From Candidatus Velthaea sp. (GTDB taxonomy: Bacteria; Vulcanimicrobiota; Vulcanimicrobiia; Vulcanimicrobiales; Vulcanimicrobiaceae): a stretch of 27,247 nucleotides of DNA. The notes under the pieces are model-generated. The model saw nothing but the letters and a program-made list of their open reading frames with translations. It ran no database searches and was not told the DNA's origin. Shown in pieces: positions 1 through 8,759 of this stretch (the stretch's first letter is position 1; each line of letters starts with the position of its first letter). The DNA lies in NCBI GenBank assembly GCA_050012475.1, contig JBEKHC010000070.1, positions 1 to 27,247 of the forward strand. Direction: 5' to 3'. A program made the position numbers and the translations under genes.

Positions 1-87
1 GCGGGCAGACGCTGTTTTTCTTCCCACGTCATGACTGCCCGTCATTGCTCACCACTACTCTTCGCGTTCTTCGCAGGACCAAGGTTC

Positions 88-1668
88 ATGGAACAGACGA
101 TCAGCCTAGCGAGATCAGAGCATCGCGTCATTACTCGCGCGATCGGGTTGGCGCTCGTCCTCGCGATCGCGTTCCTTGTGTACTACGCGCTCGGAACGTG
201 GCTGTGGCATGCCGGCTTCATCTCCACGCCGCTATTATTTTTGGCAGAAAAAATGGCAATTGCCAATAGCGGCGCCCCGTCGCGCATCATCGGCGCCGCC
301 TTCGTCTATCCGCCGTTAGCATTGGCATTCATGGCACCGTTTCACAATCCGATCGTCGGACAAGCGGCGCTCGGGGCGATCGTCGATGGGATGTTCATCC
401 TTTGGACCGAACGCCACATTCCGACGCTCATCGCGCGCCGGCTGACGCAAGTGAGCTTTCTGGCCTCGGGCGTCATCCTCTATACCGCCATCGAAGACTC
501 CGGTGCGCTCATCGCCTGCGAACTCGCCGCGCTGGCCGCGTTCGCGCTCTTGCGCTTCTTCGAGCGGAATTACTCGCCGGACTTATTCGCTGCCGGAACC
601 TTCGTCGGGCTGACGTTTTTCATCGACTTTCGCATCATCGCGCTGGCCATCGTCTTCGTGCCGACCCTCGTTTGGACGGCCGGACGCACCTCGCGCGATA
701 AGTTCGTCGCCGTGCTCATCACGCTCATCGTTCCAAGTTTTCTCATGGCCCTGGGCTGGACGTACGTGAATTGGATTTTCATCGGCGATCCGTTCGCCTT
801 CGCACGCGGGCCGCTGTCGTTCTTTCACGTTCGCGCAGCGGAGCTGCCGGTGCCGCACGTTTTCTCCATGCAAGCGATCGTTGCGCTCGCGCTCATGCTG
901 GCCCCGGTGTGGTGCGCGCCCTATGCGTTGCGGCTGCTCGACCGGCGCACGCAGGTCGCTGCCAACTTCATGCTCCTGGCTTCACTGACGTGGGCCTGGT
1001 GGTGCACGACGCAGACGGCGGCCGGCTCGATGACCATCTGGTTGATCCCGCTGGGCACCGCGATCGCGTTTGCAGCCCCGCGGAAGCCCTCGATCCTCAT
1101 CCATGCGGCGCTGCTGATCAGCGTCGCCGGCTCGTGGCTCTTCCTCTCGACGGATCGCGCCGACGCGGGCAGCTTCTATGGTTCGCTGATCGCTACGGCA
1201 CCCGTTTCCACCACGTCGCAAGCCGCCGCGGTCCATGCGGCCCTCGCGGGAGCCCAAAACGTTCTTATGGACGATGCGCAATCCTACGGCGTCGTAGCGC
1301 TCGACGGCGACGCCGCGCGGTTTGTCTTGCCGTATTCAAAAGGCTTCGCTCGCGCCTTGAACGAGCCCGAACGCTTCGCCGACCATGTCGTCGTGTCGAC
1401 GGGCGGCGATGACCGCGTCCTGCAGCGCTATCCAAACGCCGCCAAAGGCGTATTGCCCGGTTACCATCTCACCCTTAACGCGAATAATACACTGGTCTTT
1501 ACGCGCAATTCCCTATCTCCCGACTTACAGCCGTTGCCCGTTCTGACGATACCTTTAGCGTGGCACGTCATCTACATCGTCATGTGCGCGCTGCTTGCGC
1601 TCGCAACGATTGCTGCAATGCAGTACACCTCGCGGGAACTTACGGGAAACAAAGCTTTACAGCAATGA
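88..1668 (+). CDS. Multi-pass membrane protein, probable GT-C-fold glycosyltransferase or glycan-modifying enzyme
   Basis: The ORF track starts at 31; the ATG at 88 follows AGGA/AAGG and is the more likely start. It has about 11-12 hydrophobic segments, a YPPL motif in the first large loop, a soluble C-terminal domain (VLMDDAQSYGVV...FVLPY) and a final TM helix. The stop overlaps the next start (ATGA, 1665-1668). Confidence 0.6.
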   Translation: MEQTISLARSEHRVITRAIGLALVLAIAFLVYYALGTWLWHAGFISTPLLFLAEKMAIANSGAPSRIIGAAFVYPPLALAFMAPFHNPIVGQAALGAIVDGMFILWTERHIPTLIARRLTQVSFLASGVILYTAIEDSGALIACELAALAAFALLRFFERNYSPDLFAAGTFVGLTFFIDFRIIALAIVFVPTLVWTAGRTSRDKFVAVLITLIVPSFLMALGWTYVNWIFIGDPFAFARGPLSFFHVRAAELPVPHVFSMQAIVALALMLAPVWCAPYALRLLDRRTQVAANFMLLASLTWAWWCTTQTAAGSMTIWLIPLGTAIAFAAPRKPSILIHAALLISVAGSWLFLSTDRADAGSFYGSLIATAPVSTTSQAAAVHAALAGAQNVLMDDAQSYGVVALDGDAARFVLPYSKGFARALNEPERFADHVVVSTGGDDRVLQRYPNAAKGVLPGYHLTLNANNTLVFTRNSLSPDLQPLPVLTIPLAWHVIYIVMCALLALATIAAMQYTSRELTGNKALQQ

Positions 1669-2465
1669 CACATAAGGCACTGGCCGCTTTTCTGGCATTG
1701 ATTCCTTTCGGCGCTCCGGCCGTTGCGCTGGCCGATCCCGCGTATGGTTCGACCTTCGTTCAATTGCGGTCATCGGTGCTGCAAAGCCCGGCGTACACCG
1801 ACAACACCGGCCAGGTTTTCAATTCGCCGTGCGTGTTCGATAAGGACGAAACGGCATTGTACGTCGAGCAGCCCCTCGACCACGGCGCGGATGCCGCGAC
1901 GCTGAACGTTCCGTACGATCGGCTCGCTTGCGGTGCGGCATCGGCCGCCGGTCTGGGCGAGGTCGAGTTGGGCTTTCAACACAGCCTGCGCCATACGGCG
2001 ACCTCCCGCCTTTCGCTCGACGCCATCGCGGTGGTCCCGGGCGGCGGAGCGAGCGCCGACCCGGCGATCACCTACGGTGCCGCCGGCGCCGAACTCGGCG
2101 CGCGTGAGACGCTGACCTTCCATGCGTTCTCACATTACGGCTGGCTCGACGCGACGGTGGGCGCGCGCGGCTACAGCGGCGCACCGGCGACCCGGCTGCG
2201 CGGCGCGGCGACACTGGGCTACCCCATTTCGCCGAGCATCACATTGCTGGAGCGTTTCGACTTCACGCAGTCGTTGGGTGCGGCGAACCTCAACGTCTCG
2301 AGCAATCCGACCATCTCGCTGCGCTACAACGATCAAGAAGCCGAGAGCGGTCTTCTTCTGCATCTTCACAAGGGCGTCAGCGTTTACGTCTCCGAACTGA
2401 GCGTGCTCGGCGGACGCAACTACGGTCTGGGGAAGACGTTCAATGTCGGTCTCTGGAGTCGTTGA
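1665..2465 (+). CDS. Exported protein, probable outer-membrane beta-barrel
   Basis: ATGA coupling to the upstream gene. Signal peptide MTHKALAAFLALIPFGAPAVALA, followed by amphipathic strand-like segments (GEVELGFQHSL, WLDATVGARGY, LRGAATLGYPI, KTFNVGLWSR). Confidence 0.55.
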   Translation: MTHKALAAFLALIPFGAPAVALADPAYGSTFVQLRSSVLQSPAYTDNTGQVFNSPCVFDKDETALYVEQPLDHGADAATLNVPYDRLACGAASAAGLGEVELGFQHSLRHTATSRLSLDAIAVVPGGGASADPAITYGAAGAELGARETLTFHAFSHYGWLDATVGARGYSGAPATRLRGAATLGYPISPSITLLERFDFTQSLGAANLNVSSNPTISLRYNDQEAESGLLLHLHKGVSVYVSELSVLGGRNYGLGKTFNVGLWSR

Positions 2466-4314
2466 TCCGCTGACCGAACGTCTGCTCGAAAAAGGCTTCA
2501 TCACCGAAGCCGACATTGCCGCAGCGCAAAAGATTCGGGCGGAAACCGGCGGCGATATCGGCTGGATCATCGCCTCGATGGGCCGGCTGAACCGCCTCCA
2601 ACTCTATTCCACGATCTCGGAAGTGACCGGTTTGCCGTTCGTGACCGACCCCGAGCGGCTGCGCTGCCACGCCGACATCGACCTCTTGTTCCGGGTCAGC
2701 TACGACGAACTCATCCAGTATCAATTCCTGCCGTTTTCGCTCGAAGACGGCGTTTTGGCCATTGCGACGTCCCAGCCGGGAAATGCCGCCACGCTCGCCT
2801 TTTGCCGCAGCCGATTCGAGTGCCGGCTCGTCGCCGAGCTGCTCGTCACCGATCTCGACATCACCCGGATGACGGCGCGAACGTACCGCACGCGGCTCTC
2901 GCACGACGCCGTGTACAAACTCTTCAAGCGCAATCCCGAACAAAGCGCGCGCAAGGTTTTCACGCACGCACAGGTCTGGCTCTTGGGCGGCATCGTGCTG
3001 AGTGCCATCGCCTGGGCCGCGTTCGAACCGGTAACGGCATTCGTCTCCCTGATGATCTTCTTGCAGATCAGCTTTGTGCTGAGCATCAGCATGAAGGTGG
3101 TGCTCAGTATCGCGGGCGCGCGCAACGAGATCTCGCAGCCCATCAAACCCGAAGAAATCTCCGCCCTGCGCGATTCGGACCTCCCGATCTACACCGTGCT
3201 CGTCCCGGTCTTCAAGGAGCCCGAGGTCGTGCATCAGCTCATCGACGGCATAAAGAACATCGACTATCCGCAACACAAGCTCGACATCATCCTGCTGCTC
3301 GAGGAGAACGACCCGGACACCCTCAAAGCAGCGATGAAAGCGCATCCGCCCTCGAATTGGCGATTGATGGTCGTCCCCGATTGCCAGCCGAAGACGAAGC
3401 CCAAGGCCTGCAACGTCGGCTTGTATTTCGCCCGCGGCGAATATCTCGTCATCTACGACGCCGAGGATATCCCCGAGCCCAATCAGCTCAAGATGTCGAT
3501 CGTGGCGTTCAAGAAGAACGGCCCGGAATACGTTTGTTTCCAAGCCGCGCTCAACTATTTCAACGCGAACGAGAACTTCTTGACGCGCATGTTCTGCCTG
3601 GAGTACTCGTATTGGTTCGACTATCTCGTTCCGGGACTGGACCGGCTGCGGCTGCCGATTCCGCTGGGCGGAACGTCGAACCACTTCGACGTCGCCAAAC
3701 TGCGCCGGCTGGGCGGCTGGGATCCGTTCAACACCACCGAGGACTGCGACCTGGGCTTACGGGCGACGGCCGAAGGCATGAAAGTCGGCTTCATCAACTC
3801 GACGACGTTCGAAGAAGCCAACACGAACCTGGGGAATTGGATCCGGCAGCGCTCGCGCTGGTGCAAGGGCTACATGCAATCGTACCTTGTCTTCATCCGG
3901 CATCCGGTCGCCCTCGTTCGAACGATCGGAGTCAAGAATTTTCTGGCGTTCAACCTGTTCGTGGGCGGAACGGTCATGACGTTTCTCGCCACGCCGCCGC
4001 TGTGGGCGCTCTCCGTGTTCTGGCTCGTCTTTCAAGGGAAGTTCGAGAACCCGCTGCCCGACTGGCTGCTCGTCGTCACCCTGCTCAACCTCATCATCGG
4101 AAATCTGCTCGGCATCTACCTGAACATGCTGGCAGTCTTCGTGCGCAAGAACTACCGTCTGCTGCCCTTCGCGCTGCTCAATCCATTCTATTGGATTCTG
4201 CATTCGATCGCCGCCTACAAAGCGTTGGGTCAACTTTTCACCAAGCCGTTTTATTGGGAAAAGACGCAGCACGGAATCTCGAACCTGTCGACCCGCCCCG
4301 GGCCGGTCAAATGA
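2443..4314 (+). CDS. Processive GT2 glycosyltransferase (polysaccharide synthase-like) with N-terminal MshEN/T2SSE_N-like domain
   Basis: GT2 motifs VLVPVFKE, KTKPKACN, VIYDAED, GGTSNHF, TEDCDLG and QRSRW. TM helices flank the catalytic domain. The N-terminus has two 24-residue MshEN-like repeats followed by FLPF..EDGVLAIATSQP. Confidence 0.9.
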   Translation: MSVSGVVDPLTERLLEKGFITEADIAAAQKIRAETGGDIGWIIASMGRLNRLQLYSTISEVTGLPFVTDPERLRCHADIDLLFRVSYDELIQYQFLPFSLEDGVLAIATSQPGNAATLAFCRSRFECRLVAELLVTDLDITRMTARTYRTRLSHDAVYKLFKRNPEQSARKVFTHAQVWLLGGIVLSAIAWAAFEPVTAFVSLMIFLQISFVLSISMKVVLSIAGARNEISQPIKPEEISALRDSDLPIYTVLVPVFKEPEVVHQLIDGIKNIDYPQHKLDIILLLEENDPDTLKAAMKAHPPSNWRLMVVPDCQPKTKPKACNVGLYFARGEYLVIYDAEDIPEPNQLKMSIVAFKKNGPEYVCFQAALNYFNANENFLTRMFCLEYSYWFDYLVPGLDRLRLPIPLGGTSNHFDVAKLRRLGGWDPFNTTEDCDLGLRATAEGMKVGFINSTTFEEANTNLGNWIRQRSRWCKGYMQSYLVFIRHPVALVRTIGVKNFLAFNLFVGGTVMTFLATPPLWALSVFWLVFQGKFENPLPDWLLVVTLLNLIIGNLLGIYLNMLAVFVRKNYRLLPFALLNPFYWILHSIAAYKALGQLFTKPFYWEKTQHGISNLSTRPGPVK

Positions 4315-4724
4315 CGTTGCTCGAAGCCTTGGCCGGCTTGGTCTTGCAGGGCTCGCGGCGCAGCGCCGCCGCGCCGAACTATGCCGATAAGCGGACGAAA
4401 GAGGGCGCCGTTCTGCGAGCTGAGGTCGATGACTTGCTGGCGACCGCGGATCGGGCGCGCGCCGACGGCGACCTGTGGAACGCAGCGCAGTCGACCGAAT
4501 TGGCGTCGCAAAAGCTCGATGCCGCCGGCGTCATTCGGCGCGCGATCGAACTCCGGCGCGACGCCGCCGCAACCTATACGAAATTCGCCGAGTCGGCAAG
4601 CCCCCACGCCGACGTGGTGGCGGGGTACACTCGCGCGGCCCGGGCGTTTCTCGCCGCGGGTGATATCGATGCCGCGAAGGACTTCAGCGACCGCGCGCGC
4701 GGCTCCGATCCCGCACCACGTTAG
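4311..4724 (+). CDS. Small alpha-helical, TPR-like hypothetical protein (137 aa)
   Basis: ATGA overlap with the GT2 stop; this is the 3' part of ORF 2802..4724. It has Ala-rich helical repeats such as GDLWNAAQ and YTRAARAFLAAGDIDAAKDFSDRA. Confidence 0.6.
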   Translation: MTLLEALAGLVLQGSRRSAAAPNYADKRTKEGAVLRAEVDDLLATADRARADGDLWNAAQSTELASQKLDAAGVIRRAIELRRDAAATYTKFAESASPHADVVAGYTRAARAFLAAGDIDAAKDFSDRARGSDPAPR

Positions 4725-4836
4725 GGTGGCGAAGCCGAGGGCACCCATCTCGTCCCTGGCCGCGAAGCGACAAAAGTAAGCGCGCCGCGCTGCCGCCGGC
4801 GAAGGCGCCGGAGCCGGGTCCAAGAAGCAGCACGAT

Positions 4837-5244
4837 GTGGCACGCGAGGTAAACGCGAGCGGAGTTCCGCTCCAGCCCTTTTACGAGCCGCCCGGACAAA
4901 ACGGGCAGCGGCCCTGTCCGCCCGGCGGCTTCCCGTTCACGCCCGGCATTCGCGCCGACGTCAACAAATTCGCCCAACCCGAAAACGGCCGCGCGATGCC
5001 GATCCAGCGCGTCGCCGCCGCGGTCGAACGCGATCAAGTGAAGCGGCTGCAGGGCTTCCGCGCCGCGCGCGACCCCGGTGCCGTCGAAGCACGTTTGACC
5101 GACGTCCGCGGCGCCGCGGAAGGGAGTGCCAATCTGATGCCCATTTTCGTCAATGCCGTCGACGCCGGGGCAACCCTCGGCGAAATTTGCAACGTGCTGC
5201 GCACGGTCTTCGGCACGCATGTCGCTCGCGAGCGCATCGCATGA
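4837..5244 (+). pseudogene. Methylmalonyl-CoA mutase substrate-binding subunit with a large in-frame internal deletion
   Basis: The N-terminal mutase motif (SGVPLQPFY...PGGFPFTPGIRAD) is joined directly to the C-terminal motif (VNKF...DQVKRL..FRAARD...NLMPIFVNAVDAGATLGEICNVLRTVFG). The TIM-barrel core is absent. It lies next to the epimerase gene. Confidence 0.8.
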
Positions 5245-5645
5245 TCGACGCACCGATCGATCATATCGCAATCGTCGTGTCCGATCTCGAAGCGACCATC
5301 GCGCTGTACACCCAAACGCTCGGCTTCAGCTTCGTCTACCGCGAAACGGTCGTCGATCAAGGCATCGAGGCGGTCGGGCTGCGCAGCGGCGACTCGATCA
5401 TCGAACTCTTGCGGCCGCTCGACGAAGCCTCGCCGATCGCCGCGTTTCGCGGCAGCGCAGCGACGAAACTGCATCACACCGCGTACCGGGTCGACGACAT
5501 TGCGGCCGAACTCGCGCGCCTGCGGTCGGCGGGAGTGCGCTTGATCGACGAAGTGCCGCGCAAGGGCGCTCACGGCAACACCATCGCATTTCTGCACCCC
5601 AAATCGACCGGCGGTGTACTCATCGAGCTTTGCCAACGCTCGTGA
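5241..5645 (+). CDS. mce: Methylmalonyl-CoA epimerase (VOC family)
   Basis: Motifs IDHIAIVV, IELLRP, LHHTAYRVDDI and IAFLHPKSTGGVLIELCQ. The ATG at 5241 overlaps the mutase-remnant stop. Confidence 0.93.
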   Translation: MIDAPIDHIAIVVSDLEATIALYTQTLGFSFVYRETVVDQGIEAVGLRSGDSIIELLRPLDEASPIAAFRGSAATKLHHTAYRVDDIAAELARLRSAGVRLIDEVPRKGAHGNTIAFLHPKSTGGVLIELCQRS

Positions 5646-6547
5646 GGCTGACGCGCCGCCTGGCTGCGCCGGCCGGCATCGCGGCGTGCATGCTGGCGTG
5701 GCTGTGTGCGTCGCTGCCGGCCGGCGTGCAGGCGCAAGCGGCGCCTGATCCCGACCAGATCTTTCGCTCGGCGCGCAAGGCTTGGTCGTTCATCGCCTAT
5801 TCGCGCTACGCGACGTATACGATCGTAAGCCGGTTTCGCAACGGGGACACGAATGTCGTCCGGCACTACGACGCGATCGCCGATCTGCGCCGCGACATCG
5901 TCTTCGCGCGCACGTTCAGCCGCGAAGAGATCGCCAACCCGAGTATTCCCCACGGCATCAACGTGCGTCTGGGCAGCATCAACGGTCAGGGCGGCGCGCA
6001 AGCCGCCCAGGAGCAAAATGCGGACCGAATCGGACCGATGGCCCTGAGCGTGAACTACTCGTTCGGCATCTCGCTGCTGCCGCAAAAAACCGTCATCGTC
6101 AGCTCGGGCAAGGACATTCAGTTTCCGCCCAACCTGCCCATCATCGGGACGGCCGGCGCCGTGACGCATGACTACGTTGTCAAGCTCCTCGATACGCTCG
6201 ACGGCGGGAAAGTCTATCACTTGGGGCTCGAGCCCACGCACGATCCAGGCCGGCTGCGGTTGCGTCAAATGTGGATCGACGCGAGCACGTTCGTGACCAA
6301 ACGCATCCTCGTCTCGGCGAATTTCAACAAGGACCCCTACGAGACGGTCCCGTGGCTCATCGAATTCACCCGCATCGGCGGAGCGGATTACATCACGAAA
6401 GAGACCGCCGAGGCGCCGCTGGATTTCGATGAAACCAGCCTGCCCAACGTCACCATCTCGTTCGAGGAACTCAAACTGCTGCCGGCGATGCCGCAATACG
6501 GCTCGGTCGGCGCCAACGACAGTTCCGACGCCCTCGCTGAACCATAG
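5642..6547 (+). CDS. Secreted hypothetical protein, possibly with a LolA/RseB-like beta fold
   Basis: The GTG at 5642 overlaps the mce stop and is in frame with ORF 5153..6547. A signal peptide ends at VQAQA. The C-terminal half is beta-rich (YHLGLEP...RLRQMWIDASTF). Confidence 0.7.
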   Translation: MRLTRRLAAPAGIAACMLAWLCASLPAGVQAQAAPDPDQIFRSARKAWSFIAYSRYATYTIVSRFRNGDTNVVRHYDAIADLRRDIVFARTFSREEIANPSIPHGINVRLGSINGQGGAQAAQEQNADRIGPMALSVNYSFGISLLPQKTVIVSSGKDIQFPPNLPIIGTAGAVTHDYVVKLLDTLDGGKVYHLGLEPTHDPGRLRLRQMWIDASTFVTKRILVSANFNKDPYETVPWLIEFTRIGGADYITKETAEAPLDFDETSLPNVTISFEELKLLPAMPQYGSVGANDSSDALAEP

Positions 6548-6660
6548 AGAATTCGTCTCGGATCAGGCTCCTGCCATTCTCAAAACTCAAATTCTCGACG
6601 AATTCCTCGCGTTCGGCCCTGCGGGCCGAGCCGCAATTTGGATACCGCTGTCATCTGCCG

Positions 6661-8193
6661 CTACTCGGCGAGGTTGAGGCGGACGTCGAGTTCGGTCTCG
6701 AAGGTGCGGTCCCAGGGGAGGGTGATGGTGAAGCCGCCGTCGGTATAGCTCGGATAAATCGCAGCCAGCAGAGCGAGGCCGCGCGGCCAGAGGTGGGCGC
6801 GATTGCGCCAGCTCGTTTGTTCGGCGATGACCGGCAGCAAATACGTGTGATCGCCGATGCCGCGATCCGTCAGCCACGCGTTGAGCGCGGGCCGGGTGAA
6901 ATCGTGAAACGCGTAATCGTCGGTGTAGCGGTCGAGCATGAACGCGGCGTGCGCGCGCACGTCGTAGGTTCCCATGCGCTTGCCGGCGGCGACCGCGATG
7001 GCCTCGGGGATGGCGGTCCCCAGCGTGTTCGCGGTCGTGTTCCAGGAAGCGAACGCCGCGATCGATCCGGCGATCCGCCGCTGCAGCAGATCTTCGACCA
7101 GCGCGCGCTGCTCGCCATAGTCGCCCTGCGCTAAAAACGTCAGATCGGCGACCGCCGCGAGCCGGCCGCTTTGGGTATCGCCGGCGATTGCGTCGACGAA
7201 CGCGGTTTCTTGCGCCGGCAGCGTTCCGGGCACGCGCACGAAGAGATCGATATCGCCGTCCGGTGCGTCGTCGTCCCGCCGCCCTCCCGACGTGCGGATG
7301 AGTGCGTCGACCGTCGCGTCGATCGGCGCGAATTCCAACGGATCCTGGGTCGACCCGCCGCCGGGTTGCGAATACACGACGCGAATGCGCGGAACGAATG
7401 CGGCCTGGTGCGCGAGCGCGGATCCGACTAGGGCCATGGCCAGCTCATCGGCGCCCGGCTCGATCGCGGCCCGGCCCTGCAGCCCCCAGCGCTGCAGATA
7501 ATCGCGCAGGGCGGCGAGATCGCGCAAGTGCAGGCCGACCGGACCAGCATCGTCCTGGCCCAGGATGAGCTGGTCGAAGGCGCCTTCGGCGACGAGCTGC
7601 AACGCGAACAGGTCGATATCGCGGTCGCGCGAGCGGGCGGCCAGATAGGCATCGAGGACGGGCCCGACCGCCGCGCGGATCCGCTCCGCGGTCGCGACGT
7701 CGGCCGCCGATTGCGGCGGATCGGGAAGATTCGCGTAGGCCTGGAGCTGCGGCCAAACCGATCCCGCGGCAAAGAAGCCGGCGCCTTCACCGGCGTCGGG
7801 GACGCCGGTGGGCGCCAGCCGCATCACCGTGCCGAACGCCGTGAACGGGACCGCCGGATGGGTCAGCCGGAATGCCGCCAGCGTTCGCAGGCGCGTAATC
7901 GCCACGACTTTGGGCGTGGCGGGGGTGCGTGAGGCGATCAGGCCGCCGTAGGCGAGCATATCGGTCGAGACGACATAGGCCGCGGCGTCCGCCGGCGCGT
8001 CGTCGCGCAGCCAACGCGCGATCGCATCCGGATCGCCGAAGCGCAGGTATTGTCCGAGCAGGCTCCGCGGCGGGGTCGCGACCGTCACCCCGGCGATCGC
8101 GCCGAGCATCCGCGGCAACTGCAGGGTCACGGGCCGGTCGTCGAGCGGGACGACGACGAAGGTGAGCGCGAGGAGCAGCGCGAGCACGCTCAC
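6661..8193 (-). CDS. DUF4127 family protein with an N-terminal signal or anchor
   Basis: Motifs VVVPLDDRPV, STDMLAYGGLIASR, LILGQDDA, PGADE and ASWNTTANTLG. Hydrophobic N-terminus. Confidence 0.85.
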   Translation of the reverse strand: MSVLALLLALTFVVVPLDDRPVTLQLPRMLGAIAGVTVATPPRSLLGQYLRFGDPDAIARWLRDDAPADAAAYVVSTDMLAYGGLIASRTPATPKVVAITRLRTLAAFRLTHPAVPFTAFGTVMRLAPTGVPDAGEGAGFFAAGSVWPQLQAYANLPDPPQSAADVATAERIRAAVGPVLDAYLAARSRDRDIDLFALQLVAEGAFDQLILGQDDAGPVGLHLRDLAALRDYLQRWGLQGRAAIEPGADELAMALVGSALAHQAAFVPRIRVVYSQPGGGSTQDPLEFAPIDATVDALIRTSGGRRDDDAPDGDIDLFVRVPGTLPAQETAFVDAIAGDTQSGRLAAVADLTFLAQGDYGEQRALVEDLLQRRIAGSIAAFASWNTTANTLGTAIPEAIAVAAGKRMGTYDVRAHAAFMLDRYTDDYAFHDFTRPALNAWLTDRGIGDHTYLLPVIAEQTSWRNRAHLWPRGLALLAAIYPSYTDGGFTITLPWDRTFETELDVRLNLAE

Positions 8194-8224
8194 GCCGCCG
8201 CGCTCGGGCCAAAAATTTCAAGCC

Positions 8225-8725
8225 ACCCCTGAACTGTTCCGGCCGCGCGTCTGCACCATCGACGGAGTTTCGGTCGTGCTGGCGGTCGGGCCGACGCTGG
8301 TGCAGATCCGAACAAGCCCTGGCGATCGCCAACTGGATGGAGATGCGCAGCGACCCCGGGTTGAGCCAACGGGCGATCACGCGCTATCGCCACCGGGACG
8401 GCCAATACATCTGGTTCGAGATCACGCACAGCAATGTGCTCAACGATCCCGCGCAGCATCTCGTTCGCAGCGAGATGATCGATGTGTCCGAGCGCATGGA
8501 TGCGGACGAAAAGCTGCGCGCGGGCGAACAGCTGCTGCGCCGGCTGACTGAAGCGCTGCAATTGGGCGTCATCCAAATCGCCGGCGCGCAACATCGCCTA
8601 CCGCAACGAACTCGTGCTCGAGATCCTCGCGACGGACGACCGTGCGACGCTTGACGAACAATTCGCGAACGTCGTGCGCGCCGATCGCGGCCCGCTCGAA
8701 TCGGCGCTCTGCGACGTGCTTGCGC
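8225..8725 (+). pseudogene. Decayed fragment of a PAS-PAS sensor, paralogous to the downstream diguanylate cyclase
   Basis: Three reading-frame pieces (LFRPRVCTI..VLAVGPTLVQI / WMEM...RYRHRDGQYIWFEITHSN...LGVIQI / AYRNELVLEILA..ATLDEQF..DRGPLESAL) align in order with the middle of 8760..10400. Frameshifts occur near 8310 and 8590. No GGDEF part is present. Confidence 0.85.
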
Positions 8726-8747
8726 CGCCGGCGGTCTCGTTTTGCGG

Positions 8748-8753
8748 TAGTAT
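8748..8753 (+). promoter_or_regulatory. Candidate -10 element (TAGTAT) for a leaderless transcript
   Basis: TANNNT hexamer 6 nt before ATG 8760, with no Shine-Dalgarno. Confidence 0.45.
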
Positions 8754-8759
8754 TGCGGC

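Noticed and set aside
2440..3684. 414-aa minus-strand ORF and the 5' part of ORF 2802..4724
   Set aside because: Shadow frames of the GT2 gene in GC-rich DNA. Only 4311..4724 looks protein-like.
4801..4836. Recurring GAAGG/CAGG...GAA pattern upstream of several starts (4837, 10454, 20479)
   Set aside because: Spacing is inconsistent (17 versus 23 nt) and there are too few cases to call a sigma motif.
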